Of a DNA stretch of 64,000 nt, positions 49,499 through 60,343 are shown piece by piece. The notes beneath the pieces were generated by a model, which was not told the DNA's origin, did no database searches, and saw only the letters and a list, made by a program, of their open reading frames with translations. The stretch's first letter is position 1. Each line of letters begins with the position of its first letter. Origin of the DNA: an uncultured Gemmatimonadales bacterium (GTDB lineage Bacteria > Gemmatimonadota > Gemmatimonadetes > Gemmatimonadales > Gemmatimonadaceae). The position numbers and the translations under genes were made by a program. The DNA is taken from positions 1,056,001 to 1,120,000 of the forward strand of contig CAWBZV010000005.1 in NCBI GenBank assembly GCA_963793305.1, given 5' to 3'.

Positions 49499-50811
49499 CG
49501 GTCCGCGCGCTGCTGCTCGCGTTCGAGTTCCCGCCGCTCTCGACTGGCGGAGTCCACCGCGCCCTGGGGCTCGCCGAGCACTTGGGCGCGTTTGGCATCG
49601 ACCTCGCGGTGGTCACCGTCCGCTCCGAGGATTACGCCGCTTGGTCTTCGGCTCGCCCCGACCCCGCGCTCGCCTCGCGCATTCCCCCGAGTGTCCCCGT
49701 CTACCGGACGCCGAGCGGATTTCCCGACTGGTACTGGCGCCTCGGCCAATCGCGCCTCGGCTTTCGGGCGCTCCAGTACGCGTATCGGGGCGACCCCGTA
49801 TCGTCATTCTGGTCTGAGCCGGTCCGCCGTGCCGTGGGCGAGCATCGCCCGGACGTTCTTCTCGCGACGATGCCCCCATTCGGCGTGGCTGTCATTGCCC
49901 GGCAGATCGCCAAGCAATACCGACTCCCATGGGTGGCGGACTGGCGCGATCCGTGGACGTATTGGTGCGCCGCTCCATTTCCAACCTACGCGCACTATCT
50001 CTACGCCCGTCAAGCCGAAGGCGCGGTGCTGCGCGAGGCGAACGTATCCGTTGCCACCTCGCACGTCACGCGCGAGGATTGGCTGCGATTCTTCCCAGGG
50101 GTCGATCCATCGCGACTCGTCACCATCTATAACGGCTACGACGATCTCGATCACATCGAGACGGCCGAGAGCAAATCGATCGTTTACGCGGGCAGCTGGT
50201 ACTACGATCCGCAGTCGCGCTCGACGATGCTGCAACCGCCTTGGCGTCGCTCTCCCCAACGCTGGCTGTTCTACTCGCCGCGCCGCGAAGACTGGCTCTA
50301 TCGCTCGCCATATTTCTTCCTGCGCGGCCTCGCGCGGTACCGCGGGCCGGTCAGCGTCGAGTTCGCGGGCACGATCCCCGGATGGCTCCCGGCGATGCTG
50401 CGCGAGACAGGCACGGAAAAGATGGTGCACCTCCGCGGACCAATATCGCACGAGGACGCCATGCGCCTCCAAAGAGGGGCCGGTGCCCTATTGCTGACGT
50501 CAGCCAAGGTCGTGGGAGGCCGAGACTACAGCGTCGCGGGTAAGACGTTCGAATACTTCGGCCTCCGCCGACCTATTCTTGGCGTCCTCACCGATGGCGC
50601 CATGCGCGACCTCGTCGACGAGTCCGGCCTCGGCATCATAGCCGACCCGGATGACGAGAACGCCGTTATCGCCGCAATCGACCGGATAGCTACCGGCCAC
50701 GCTTCGGTGTCGCCCCGCCCGGACGTGCTCGCGCGGTATACCCGCCGCGAAGTCGCGCGCCAGATGGCCGAGAGCCTCCGTCGCGCCGCAGCCGAGGGCT
50801 ACCGCGGATGA
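49495..50811 (+). CDS. GT4-like glycosyltransferase
   Basis: AFEFPP..GG..R, PWVADWRDPW, IYNGYD, GKTFEY. Confidence 0.85.
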   Translation: MTVRALLLAFEFPPLSTGGVHRALGLAEHLGAFGIDLAVVTVRSEDYAAWSSARPDPALASRIPPSVPVYRTPSGFPDWYWRLGQSRLGFRALQYAYRGDPVSSFWSEPVRRAVGEHRPDVLLATMPPFGVAVIARQIAKQYRLPWVADWRDPWTYWCAAPFPTYAHYLYARQAEGAVLREANVSVATSHVTREDWLRFFPGVDPSRLVTIYNGYDDLDHIETAESKSIVYAGSWYYDPQSRSTMLQPPWRRSPQRWLFYSPRREDWLYRSPYFFLRGLARYRGPVSVEFAGTIPGWLPAMLRETGTEKMVHLRGPISHEDAMRLQRGAGALLLTSAKVVGGRDYSVAGKTFEYFGLRRPILGVLTDGAMRDLVDESGLGIIADPDDENAVIAAIDRIATGHASVSPRPDVLARYTRREVARQMAESLRRAAAEGYRG

Positions 50812-52046
50812 CGCGCCGCGTCCTGGTGGTCTCGCCATTCTTCCCGCCGTCCGGCCTTCCGCCGTCTCATCGGGCGCGGTTGTTCGTGCGCCATCTGCGC
50901 TCATATGGCTGGGAGCCGATCGTCCTGACGGTCGATCCGCGCGACCGCGAGGAGGCACAGGAGCCCGCACTGGTCTCTCTCGTCCCTCCAGACCTCCACA
51001 TCGAATCGGTGCGCGCTTTTCGTCGACACGTGGGTGTGGGAGACCTGGGACTGCGAGCACTTCCGACGTTGCTCGCGAAGGCGGTGAGTATCGTGCGCGC
51101 GAAGCGCGCCAATGTGATCCTGCTCATCGTGCCGCCATGGTACGCGCTCTGGCTGGTGAGGCCACTGCGGTGGCTCACAGGTCGCCCGATCGTAATCGAC
51201 TATGTCGACCCATGGCGGATCGAGCCCACCGGCACGCTCAAAAGTCGTCTCGCCGCCCGCGTGGCGGCGTGGAGCGAGGGCTGGTGCCTCGTCGGCGTAT
51301 CGGGCCTCTTTGCTGTATCTCAGGCGATCGTAGCCGAGGTCCAACGTCGGTTTCCGGCCGTCGCGCACGTACCGTCAGGCTCGGCGCCGTATGGATTCGA
51401 TGCCGCCGACATGACCCTCGCGGGGAAGCCGACACCAGGTGACGGTACGCTGCGCCGGATAGTCTATGTCGGCGCACTCTCCGACTCACAGCTTCCCGTG
51501 TTCACGTCCTTCCTCGACGCATTGGCGGCGACGCCCTTGCCGATCCGGGTCGAGCTCTACGGCACGACCTACGCCCCAGGCGCCCGCGCGCGCCCCCGCG
51601 TCGCCCATCTCGTCGCAGCCCGTGGACTCTCGTCCCAAGTGATCGAGCGCCCGGAGCGGGTGCCCTACGCCGAGGCGATGGCGCTGGCGGCTGGTGCGGA
51701 CGCGAACCTCGTGGTCGGCGACCTGACGACATACTACGCGGCGTCGAAGCTCATGCCCACGCTCGCCGCACGCCGCCCGCTCGTGGCGCTGCTCCACGCG
51801 GCCACGGAGCCGGCCGCGCTCTTGCGCGGGCTCAATGCCAAAGGCTTAGTATTGTACGGCGATCAGCCGTCACCGACCCCGGCCGACGCGGTACCGTCGA
51901 TTCGCGCGGTGCTGTCCGATCTGGTTGCCGGACGCATTTCTCCTCTCACGATCGATGTGATGACCGATCTCACGCTGCGGCCCCGTACCGCCGCCGGGAT
52001 GACCGGCGCGCTCGCGGATGTGCTGGCGCGAGTGGTTGATCAATGA
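50808..52046 (+). CDS. GT4-like glycosyltransferase
   Basis: SPFFPP, GWEPIVLTV, IDYVDPW, VYVG, ASKL.P. Confidence 0.82.
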   Translation: MTRRVLVVSPFFPPSGLPPSHRARLFVRHLRSYGWEPIVLTVDPRDREEAQEPALVSLVPPDLHIESVRAFRRHVGVGDLGLRALPTLLAKAVSIVRAKRANVILLIVPPWYALWLVRPLRWLTGRPIVIDYVDPWRIEPTGTLKSRLAARVAAWSEGWCLVGVSGLFAVSQAIVAEVQRRFPAVAHVPSGSAPYGFDAADMTLAGKPTPGDGTLRRIVYVGALSDSQLPVFTSFLDALAATPLPIRVELYGTTYAPGARARPRVAHLVAARGLSSQVIERPERVPYAEAMALAAGADANLVVGDLTTYYAASKLMPTLAARRPLVALLHAATEPAALLRGLNAKGLVLYGDQPSPTPADAVPSIRAVLSDLVAGRISPLTIDVMTDLTLRPRTAAGMTGALADVLARVVDQ

Positions 52047-53002
52047 TCCAGGGCGCCGACCCGTTCTCTGGCATCCGCGGCGCCCCCGTGCTCGTCACCG
52101 GCGGCACGGGATTCGTCGGCTCGAACCTCTGCCGGTTCCTGATCCGCCAGCTCGGCTGCCGGGTGACCGCGCTCGACGATCTCTCCAACTCGTCTCGCCT
52201 GCGCATGGAAGGCTTGCAACTCGTCGTCGGCGACGTTCGCGACAGCGCGGTGGTCGAGCCGTTGCTGGCCGAGCATCCGTGGATTTTTCATCTCGCCTGC
52301 CGGACGATCCTCACCTCAGGGAGTGATCCCGAAGGCGACCTGTCGGTGAACGGGCTCAGCACGCTTCGCATGCTCGAGTTTCTTCGCCATAAGCGTCCGG
52401 CCGGATTGCAACGTTTCGTGTATACTTCATCGACGTCGATTTATGGGAACTGCCGCCATCTTCCCGCCGACGAGCTCGACCCGCCAAATATTCTCAACCA
52501 CTACGCGGCGACGAAGCTGCTCGGCGAGCATTACACCACGCTCTATCACACGGCCTACGGCGTTCCCACCGCGTGCGTACGGTACTCGAACGTCTATGGC
52601 CCGGGCCAGACGACGAGAAATCCGTACTGTGGTGTGATCGGGAAGTTCATCGAAGCCGCCCAGGCAGGCCGTCCGATGACAGTCCATGGCGACGGCGAAC
52701 AGACACGCGACTACACGTATGTCGACGACGCCGTCGAGGGCACCGTCATGGCCGCCGTCGCCCCACAAGCCCTCGGCAATGTCTTCAACATCGGCACCGG
52801 CGTCGAGACGTCGGTGAACACCCTCGCGCGCGAGATCTCGGCGCTCTTCGACGGATCCATCCCGATCGAATACCTCGATCGGCGCGACATCGACAACATC
52901 CGCCGCCGCTCGCTCTCCGCCGAGAAAATCCGTGTGCGCCTCGGCTGGCAACCCCGCGTGCGTTTGCGCGATGGCCTGCGCCGCACCGTGGAGGCGCGCT
53001 GA
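52043..53002 (+). CDS. NAD-dependent sugar epimerase/dehydratase
   Basis: VTGGTGFVGS, YAATK, RYSNVYGP, GDGEQTRDYTYV.D. Confidence 0.92.
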   Translation: MIQGADPFSGIRGAPVLVTGGTGFVGSNLCRFLIRQLGCRVTALDDLSNSSRLRMEGLQLVVGDVRDSAVVEPLLAEHPWIFHLACRTILTSGSDPEGDLSVNGLSTLRMLEFLRHKRPAGLQRFVYTSSTSIYGNCRHLPADELDPPNILNHYAATKLLGEHYTTLYHTAYGVPTACVRYSNVYGPGQTTRNPYCGVIGKFIEAAQAGRPMTVHGDGEQTRDYTYVDDAVEGTVMAAVAPQALGNVFNIGTGVETSVNTLAREISALFDGSIPIEYLDRRDIDNIRRRSLSAEKIRVRLGWQPRVRLRDGLRRTVEAR

Positions 53003-54114
53003 GGCTGGGCATTTTGGCGACGCACCCGATCCAGTACTACGCGCCGTTGTTCCGCGCGCTCGCCGCACGCGGGGATGTCGATCTCACCGTCTACTTCGCG
53101 CATCGCCCGACCGCGGCGGAGCAGGGCATCGGATTCGGCGTCGCCTTCCAATGGGACGTCGACCTGACCGCCGGCTACAAGAGCGTGTTCTTGCGCAACG
53201 TCGCCCCGGGGCCGAACCGCGATCGCTTCGCGGATTACGATACCCCGGAGATCATCTCCATCATCGAGCGCCGTCTGCACGACGCGATCGTTGTCCTCGG
53301 CTGGCGCGCCAGGACCTATTGGCAGGCAATGCGCGCCTGCTGGCGGACCAATACCCCGGTGTACGTGCGCGGCGATTCTCAACTCGACGATGATCGGGGT
53401 ATCAAACGCCTCGCCAAACGCGCGCTGTATCCTCGCTTCGTCGGCCGGTTCGCCGCGTGTCTGGCTGTGGGTACCCGGAGCGAGGCGTATTTTCGGTACT
53501 ATGGCGCCCGTCGGGTTGTGCGCTCGCCGCATTTTGTCGACAACGCCGCCTTTGCGGCCGGCGCGAATCGCGCGCGCGCTTCGCGCAACGCCTTACGTGC
53601 TCAATGGGGCGTCCAGGACGCGGATCTGGCCGTGCTGTTCGTGGGCAAGCTGATCGATAAGAAACGCCCTGGGGACGTGGTCGACGCCTGTCGCCGCGTA
53701 AGCGGCGCGCGTGCTATTATCGTTGGCGATGGCCCTCTCAAGGGCACATTGGCCAATGCGACGCTTCTCGGCTTCCGGAATCAATCTGAGCTCCCGGCGA
53801 TCTACACGGCCGCGGACGTGCTCGTGCTGCCATCCGACCGTCAAGAGACCTGGGGCCTCGTGATCAACGAAGCGATGGCCGCCGGGCTCCCAGTCGTCGC
53901 CTCCGACGCGGTCGGCTGCGTCCCGGACTTGATCACGCCGGGCGTCACGGGTGATCGCTTCCCGCCGGGCAATGTCGACGCACTGGCGGCCGCATTGCGG
54001 GCCTTGGTCGATGATCCGGCGCGCGGCCCGCGGATGGCCGCCGCCGCCTCGGATCGCATCGGCCAGTACTCGGCCGATCGCGCCGCGGCAGGCGTGATGG
54101 AGGCGGTGACATGA
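52999..54114 (+). CDS. GT4 glycosyltransferase (probable CTG start)
   Basis: THPIQYYAPLF, LFVGKL..KK, GFRNQSEL, ETWGLVINEAMA. Confidence 0.88.
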   Translation: MRLGILATHPIQYYAPLFRALAARGDVDLTVYFAHRPTAAEQGIGFGVAFQWDVDLTAGYKSVFLRNVAPGPNRDRFADYDTPEIISIIERRLHDAIVVLGWRARTYWQAMRACWRTNTPVYVRGDSQLDDDRGIKRLAKRALYPRFVGRFAACLAVGTRSEAYFRYYGARRVVRSPHFVDNAAFAAGANRARASRNALRAQWGVQDADLAVLFVGKLIDKKRPGDVVDACRRVSGARAIIVGDGPLKGTLANATLLGFRNQSELPAIYTAADVLVLPSDRQETWGLVINEAMAAGLPVVASDAVGCVPDLITPGVTGDRFPPGNVDALAAALRALVDDPARGPRMAAAASDRIGQYSADRAAAGVMEAVT

Positions 54115-55568
54115 CCGACATGCCCGTGCAAGTGCCGTCATTCGACGCGCCACCGGTCGCCGTCGCGAGAAAGCATCGCCGGTATTTCCTCACGACGGAC
54201 AACTGGTGGTTCATCGTCGGCACGGCATTCACCATCTCGATCGGTTGCATCACGTTCTACGAACGCGACTCGCTGTGGATCGGCCTCGGGTTGTTCTGCG
54301 CGATTATCGTGTTTCTGCACACGCTGCGCGTGTCGCCGACCGTCCCCTGGATTCCGGGTCTCATCTCGATCGTGGGGTTCGTCCAGTGGGTCATCGCCCC
54401 GTGGGCGAACTACCACGTGCCGGCCGACGCCTCGGTGTTCGAGATGACGCTGCAGCCGCCGGAGTATTTCCTCTACGCCGTCCCGGTCACGATCATGTTC
54501 GCGGTCGGGATGTATCTCCCGATGTGGCGCCTCGGCACCACCGACAAAGTCCAGCGGTCCGCGGTCGAGCCACGCGACTTTCGCGTGACGTGCGACATCA
54601 TGATCGTCATCGGGATGATCTCGTTCTTCTTCATCACGCGCGTCGGCCTCAATATCCGGTTCCTGTTCACGCTCCTGACGTACCTCGCGTTCATCGGGGC
54701 CTACGGCCTGATGATGGTGAGCGCCAAGGGGTGGGTCTGGAAGCTCATGCTCGTGCTGGCGATCCGCGTCGCAATGTCAACGTCCGAGGGGCTGTTCCAC
54801 GATCTGCTCCTCTGGGTCGTGTACACCGGCGCGCTCATCATCTTCACGAAGCGCGTGAAGATTCGGACGATCATCCTCGTGGCCGTCGCTGGTGCGTTCT
54901 TTATCGGCGTGCTCGACGAAGCCAAGTTCGCCTATCGGAATCAGATCCGCGAAAATCCGGACATGACGATCCCCGATCGATTCCAGGCGCTCGGCCAGCT
55001 CATCGTCGTGCAAGCGCAGCTGCCGGTCGAGACCTTCACCGGCGACGCGTTGAGCCACTTCGTCACGCGGCTCAACCAAGGCTGGATCATCGCCCGCGTC
55101 ATGTATTGGGTACCGGTGCAGGAGCCCTACGCGAACGGCGAGACGATTATCAATGCGTTCCGCGCCGCGCTCATCCCCCGCGTGCTCGATCCCGGAAAGT
55201 ACGAGGCCGGGGGCGTCGAGTACTTCGAGCGGTTCACCGGGTTCCACCTGTACAACACGAGCATGAATCTCGGCGTCGCCGGCGAGATGTACGCCAACTT
55301 CGGTTTGTTCGGTGGGATGATCGGCGCGTTCTTGTTCGGCTGCGGCATCGGGTTCGTATACCGCATCTTCTTTGTGCTGGCGCGGAGCTCGATCTTTTGG
55401 TGGGCGTGGGCGCCCTACGTCCTTCTCTATTCCATGCAAGCCGAGAACGGGATTGGAGAGGGCGTCAACCACGTCGCGAAGGCGTTCGTCGTCATGCTCG
55501 GTGTCGTGTACACCGTGCCGGCGTGGCGCACGCTTCGGCTGAGGCAAGGGCGCAAGGTCGTTGCGTGA
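54111..55568 (+). CDS. Multi-pass membrane protein, Wzy-like polysaccharide polymerase
   Basis: About 11-12 hydrophobic segments, large periplasmic loop, LIPRVL.P.K and GEMYANFG motifs. Confidence 0.72.
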   Translation: MTDMPVQVPSFDAPPVAVARKHRRYFLTTDNWWFIVGTAFTISIGCITFYERDSLWIGLGLFCAIIVFLHTLRVSPTVPWIPGLISIVGFVQWVIAPWANYHVPADASVFEMTLQPPEYFLYAVPVTIMFAVGMYLPMWRLGTTDKVQRSAVEPRDFRVTCDIMIVIGMISFFFITRVGLNIRFLFTLLTYLAFIGAYGLMMVSAKGWVWKLMLVLAIRVAMSTSEGLFHDLLLWVVYTGALIIFTKRVKIRTIILVAVAGAFFIGVLDEAKFAYRNQIRENPDMTIPDRFQALGQLIVVQAQLPVETFTGDALSHFVTRLNQGWIIARVMYWVPVQEPYANGETIINAFRAALIPRVLDPGKYEAGGVEYFERFTGFHLYNTSMNLGVAGEMYANFGLFGGMIGAFLFGCGIGFVYRIFFVLARSSIFWWAWAPYVLLYSMQAENGIGEGVNHVAKAFVVMLGVVYTVPAWRTLRLRQGRKVVA

Positions 55569-56638
55569 AGGTATTGCACGCGATGCCGAACCTGACGCGT
55601 CCGTTTGGTGGCCCGATCGAAGCCCTGATCGGCTTCGTTGCGGCCGCATCTCCCCCAGCCAGCTCCACCGTCGTTGGGCCACCATGCCCGGATGCCGAGC
55701 GCGATTGGCTCGCCGCTCAACTTCCGCCTGACACGCGCATCGTCTTCGCCTCTCCGTGGGGCCGCACGATCCGCGAGCTCGCCAGCAACGCCAATGTCGT
55801 GCACGTGCACGGCCTCCTCAACCCCTTCAGTTCCTCCGCCGCCTCGGCGACCCTCTCGTCAAGCCGCCCGTTGGTCCTCGGCCCCTTCGGCACGCTGTCC
55901 CGCTACACGTTCACGCACCGCCGTCGTTGGTTGAAGGGGATCTATTTCGCGGCGATCAATGCCCCGTTTGTCCGCCGCGCGCAGGCACTGCATTTCACGA
56001 CCGAGGCCGAGCGCGACGAAGCCGCCTGGCATGGCATCGACTTCACGGGCCGTTCTCACATCGTCCCGCCCCCTTGGCGCTCTCCTGTTCCCTCACCCCA
56101 CTCCCACGGTGGGTCGACAGTTCTGTTTTTGGGTCGCCTCCACCCGAAGAAAGGCCTGGATGTTCTCCTCAATGCGTGGCCGCTCGTCCGGACCCGTCGC
56201 GAGTCGGCACGTTTGATCATTGCCGGGAGCGGCGACAGGAGTTTGGTAAAAGAAATCCCCGGCGTTGAATTCAAGGGGTTCGTCACGGGGGAAACGAAAG
56301 CCGATTGTCTCGCCAATGCCGACGTTTTCGTACTCCCATCGCACAACGAGAACTTCGGCATTGCCGTCCTCGAAGCCATAGCAGCCGGCGTCCCAGTCGT
56401 CGTGAGCCCGGGGGTTCAGCTCGCCCCATGGATCAAAGACCGGGGCCTTGGCATCGTGGCCGACCGCGACCCCAAAGCACTGGCCGACGCGATCCTCGCT
56501 GTGCTCGGTGACGCCGAGCTTCGCTCCCGCGTCGCCCGAAGTGGGGCCGAGGCGGTCGTTGCGGACTTCGGGATGCCGCGCGTGGCTCCCGCACTGCTTG
56601 CCATGTACCGAAGCGCCATCGAACGATGTACGTCTTAG
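55565..56638 (+). CDS. GT4 glycosyltransferase
   Basis: GGP, VHVHG, FLGRLHPKKGLD, LPSHNENFGIAVLEA. Confidence 0.9.
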   Translation: MKVLHAMPNLTRPFGGPIEALIGFVAAASPPASSTVVGPPCPDAERDWLAAQLPPDTRIVFASPWGRTIRELASNANVVHVHGLLNPFSSSAASATLSSSRPLVLGPFGTLSRYTFTHRRRWLKGIYFAAINAPFVRRAQALHFTTEAERDEAAWHGIDFTGRSHIVPPPWRSPVPSPHSHGGSTVLFLGRLHPKKGLDVLLNAWPLVRTRRESARLIIAGSGDRSLVKEIPGVEFKGFVTGETKADCLANADVFVLPSHNENFGIAVLEAIAAGVPVVVSPGVQLAPWIKDRGLGIVADRDPKALADAILAVLGDAELRSRVARSGAEAVVADFGMPRVAPALLAMYRSAIERCTS

Positions 56639-58345
56639 GCATCAACGCATACCACGGCAACGTCTCGGCCGCGCTCCTGCGCGACGGGGTGCTCGTCGCG
56701 GCCGTCGAAGAAGAGCGATTCCGGCGCATCAAGCACTACGCCGGGTTTCCGACGATGGCGATCCGGTCCGTCCTCGCCGAAGCCGGTATCGGCGGCGCGG
56801 AGGTCGACCACGTCGCGATCAGCCGGTCGCCACGCGCCCATCTGGCTCGCAAGGCGCTGTTCGCGCTGACGCATCGACCGAACCTCGCCCTCGTCCGCGA
56901 CCGTCTTCGCAATCGCCGGAAGGTTGCCGAGGTTGGGCTACCCCTCGCCGAGGCACTCGGCGCGGAACCGCGCGCGCTGCATTTCGTCGAACACCACCCG
57001 GCGCACCTGGCGAGCACGTTTTTCGTGTCGCCATTCAACGACGCAGCATGCTGTGCCGTCGACGGCTTCGGCGACTTCGTCAGCACGTCGATGGCGATGG
57101 GCCGTGGGAACAAACTGGACGTCCTGCGCAACGTATTCTTCCCGCACTCTCTGGGGATGATGTACACGGCGGTGACGCAGTATCTCGGCTTCCCCAGCTT
57201 CGGAGACGAATTCAAAGTCATGGGCCTGGCGCCCTATGGAAAGCCGACCGCGGTCGCCGAGATCCGACGACTCGTACGGTTGACCGCCGGGGGAAGGTTT
57301 GAGCTGGACCTCCGCTATTTCCGCCATTGGTCCGATGGTGTGACCATGGAGTGGGACAACGGCTACCCGACGCTTAGGCAGTGTCTTTACCCCACAGCTC
57401 GAGTCTCTGCTGGGACCCAGCCGGAAGCCCGCCGAGCCGTTGACGAGCCGCCACGAAGACCTGGCCCACTCGCTCCAGGTCGTCTACGAAGAGTGCTTCA
57501 CGCACGTGCTCGAGGGTCTCTGGGATCTCACGCAGACCCCGCGCCTGTGCCTCGCGGGAGGCTGCGCGATGAACAGCGTCGCGAACGGCAAGATTCGCCA
57601 ACGCACGCCGTTTCGCGAGGTCTATATCCAACCTGCCTCCAGTGACAACGGCACCGCGCTCGGCGCGGCCTACTACGTCTGGAACCAGATCCTGGGTCGC
57701 GAGCGCGCGTTCGTGATGGAGCACGGCTATTGGGGCCCGGCGCACCTTGATGTCGCGAACGTGCTGGCCCCGCTCGACGGCGCCTATGCCATCGAGCATT
57801 TCGAGACCCCGGACGCCGTTGCGCGGGCTACCGCGCGCCTCATCGCCGATGGCAATGTCGTCGGCTGGTACCAGGGCCGCATGGAATGGGGCGCCCGCGC
57901 CCTCGGCAATCGCAGCATCGTCGCCGACCCCCGCCGCGCGGACATTCGCGAGTTGATCAACGTGAAGATCAAATTCCGCGAGAAGTTTCGCCCGTTCGCG
58001 CCCTCGGTCGCCGAGGAAGCGATCGACGAGTGGTTCGAAGGCGCGGTCCCGGATCCGTTCATGATCCAGGTCTATCCCGTGCGCCCGGATAAGCGCGCCG
58101 TGATTCCCGCCGTCACGCACGTCGACGGCAGCGGCCGCCTGCAAACGGTGAGCGCGCGCACGAATCCCGCGTACTATCGCCTGATCAAAGAATTCGAAGC
58201 GTTGACCGGTGTTCCCATCGTGCTCAACACGAGCTTTAACGAAAACGAGCCGATCGTCGAAACGCCGGCCCAGGCGCTCGACTGCTTCTTGCGCACCAAA
58301 ATGGATGCGATCGTACTGAACACCACGCTGGTGCGCCGCAAATGA
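56626..58345 (+). CDS. NodU/CmcH-family carbamoyltransferase (apparent +1 frameshift near 57376)
   Basis: EEERFRR.KH, EHH.AH, DGFGD, KVMGLAPYG; AGGCAMN, EWGARALGNRS, FRPFAP, HVDGS.R.Q, LNTSFN. Confidence 0.92.
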
Positions 58346-59379
58346 AAGCGGTGCTCCGCCGTGCCCTCCCGTGGGTGGCCGCGGTCGCCGGGCGCGCCGT
58401 CAGGCGCGAGCCGGATGGACCCGGCGCGCTGCCTGATCGGCCAAAGATCCTGCTGCTGCAGCTCCAGCAGGTGGGCGACAGCATGGCGGTCTCCCCGCTG
58501 CTCCGTGCGTTGCACCGGCGCTATCCGGACATGATGCTCGACGTGCTGGCCAGCCCGGCGGCCAAGGCTGTGCACCGGAAGTCCCCCCACGTGCACGCCA
58601 TGCTGACGGCTGCCCGCGGGGTCCGGTACGATTGCGTACTGGCGTGCGTCAATCAGGTATCGTTTCGCTATGCCATGATTGCCGCCCTGACCGGAGCCCC
58701 GCGAAGGCTTGGATTCGATGTCGACAGCGCAGGATTTCTGTTCACCCGTCGCCTGGCCGTTCCCCATGGCGTCAACGTGATCCGGGCCAATATGCTCCTC
58801 GCCGCGGCCCTGGACGCGGACGCCACGAATCCGGTCGAAGAATTCTGGTTCGACGACGCGGACCGCGAAGCGGCCGCGCAGTTGGTGCCCGAGCAGCCGT
58901 ACGTGGTGATACACCCGGGTTCGAACTGGCAGTCGAAAACGTGGTACGCCGATCGCTGGGCCGCCGTCGCGGATGCCCTCGCGCCGCTCGTTCCGGTATT
59001 CGTGGGAACGGCCGCGGACGCGCCGCTCGTCGAAGAGATCGGCCGAGGCATTTCGCTGGTCGGCAAGACCGATCTGTGTCAACTCGGCGCCGTGATGGAG
59101 CGCGCCGAGTTGTGCATTGCGACCGACTCGGGCCCTCGCCACATCGCCGGCGCACTGGGTCGCCCGCTCGTCACGGTGATGAGCTCGCTCGACGAGCCCT
59201 CTCGCTGGACCTTCGATCGCCCGAACGAGATCGTGCTCCGCACCGACCCACCGTGCGCCGCCTGTCTCCTCTCGTACTGCTCCCATCGAACGTGCATGGA
59301 TCGCTTGACGGTCGATGCCGTGCTCTCGGCTTGCGCGCGAGCGCGCCGTCACTCTCAATTACCGACACATGTCGCATGA
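58342..59379 (+). CDS. GT9 (heptosyltransferase-like) glycosyltransferase
   Basis: QVGD, IHPGS...KTW, GKTDL, DSGPRHIA, C..C...C...CM tail. Confidence 0.88.
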   Translation: MKAVLRRALPWVAAVAGRAVRREPDGPGALPDRPKILLLQLQQVGDSMAVSPLLRALHRRYPDMMLDVLASPAAKAVHRKSPHVHAMLTAARGVRYDCVLACVNQVSFRYAMIAALTGAPRRLGFDVDSAGFLFTRRLAVPHGVNVIRANMLLAAALDADATNPVEEFWFDDADREAAAQLVPEQPYVVIHPGSNWQSKTWYADRWAAVADALAPLVPVFVGTAADAPLVEEIGRGISLVGKTDLCQLGAVMERAELCIATDSGPRHIAGALGRPLVTVMSSLDEPSRWTFDRPNEIVLRTDPPCAACLLSYCSHRTCMDRLTVDAVLSACARARRHSQLPTHVA

Positions 59380-60343
59380 CATCGCCGTCGTGACCGGGGC
59401 CGGCGGATTCATCGGCCACCATTTGGTCAAGCGATTGAAGGCCGAGGGCTATCGGGTGCGCGGGGTGGACATCAAGCACCCGGAATTCGAGCCGACCGCC
59501 GCCGACGAATTCGAGCTGTTGGATCTCCGTCGCTGGGAACCGTGCCGCCAGGCTGTTCGCAACGCCTCGGAGATCTACAACCTCGCGGCAAACATGGGCG
59601 GGATCGGCTTCATCGAGCACAACAAAGCCGTGATCATGCACGACAATGTGCTGATCAACATGCACATGTTAGAGGCGGCCCGCGAAGCGGGCGCCAAGAA
59701 GTTCCTGTACACGTCGTCAGCGTGCATCTACCCGCTGTACAAGCAACAAACCCCGGACGTGACGCCGCTCAAAGAAGAAGATGCCTACCCGGCGGATCCC
59801 GAAGACGGGTACGGCTGGGAGAAGCTCTTCAGCGAGCGCCAATGCCGCCACTATTTCGAAGACTTCGGCCTCGAAACGCGCGTCGCGCGGTTTCACAATA
59901 TCTTTGGCCCGCTCGGCACGTACGATGGCGGCCGAGAAAAATCACCGGCCGCGATCTGCCGCAAAGTCGCTCTCGCGTCCAATGGTGGCGAGATAGAAGT
60001 GTGGGGCGACGGCACCCAGACGCGCTCCTACTGCTATATCAATGATTGCGTCGAAGGCGTTCGGCGGCTGATGCAATCGAACCACCGGAACCCACTCAAT
60101 ATCGGCCAGGAGCGTTTGATCTCGATCAACGAGCTGGTCGCGATCGTCGCCACGGTGGCGGGGAAAGGCGTCACGAAGCGCCATTTGCCCGCGGCGCCGC
60201 AGGGTGTCAAAGGCCGTACGAGCGACAACACACGGCTCCGCGCTGTTCTCGGCTGGGAGCCGGTCATCACCCTGGAAGAGGGTTTGCGCCGCACGTACGG
60301 TTGGATCGAAGAACAACTCGCGGCTCGTGCTCCTACTCATTAA
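59369..60343 (+). CDS. NAD-dependent epimerase, GDP-mannose 3,5-epimerase-like
   Basis: GAGGFIG, LAANMGGIGFI, SSACIYP, YGWEKL, RFHNIFGP, GGREKSPAAICRK. Confidence 0.88.
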   Translation: MSHDIAVVTGAGGFIGHHLVKRLKAEGYRVRGVDIKHPEFEPTAADEFELLDLRRWEPCRQAVRNASEIYNLAANMGGIGFIEHNKAVIMHDNVLINMHMLEAAREAGAKKFLYTSSACIYPLYKQQTPDVTPLKEEDAYPADPEDGYGWEKLFSERQCRHYFEDFGLETRVARFHNIFGPLGTYDGGREKSPAAICRKVALASNGGEIEVWGDGTQTRSYCYINDCVEGVRRLMQSNHRNPLNIGQERLISINELVAIVATVAGKGVTKRHLPAAPQGVKGRTSDNTRLRAVLGWEPVITLEEGLRRTYGWIEEQLAARAPTH

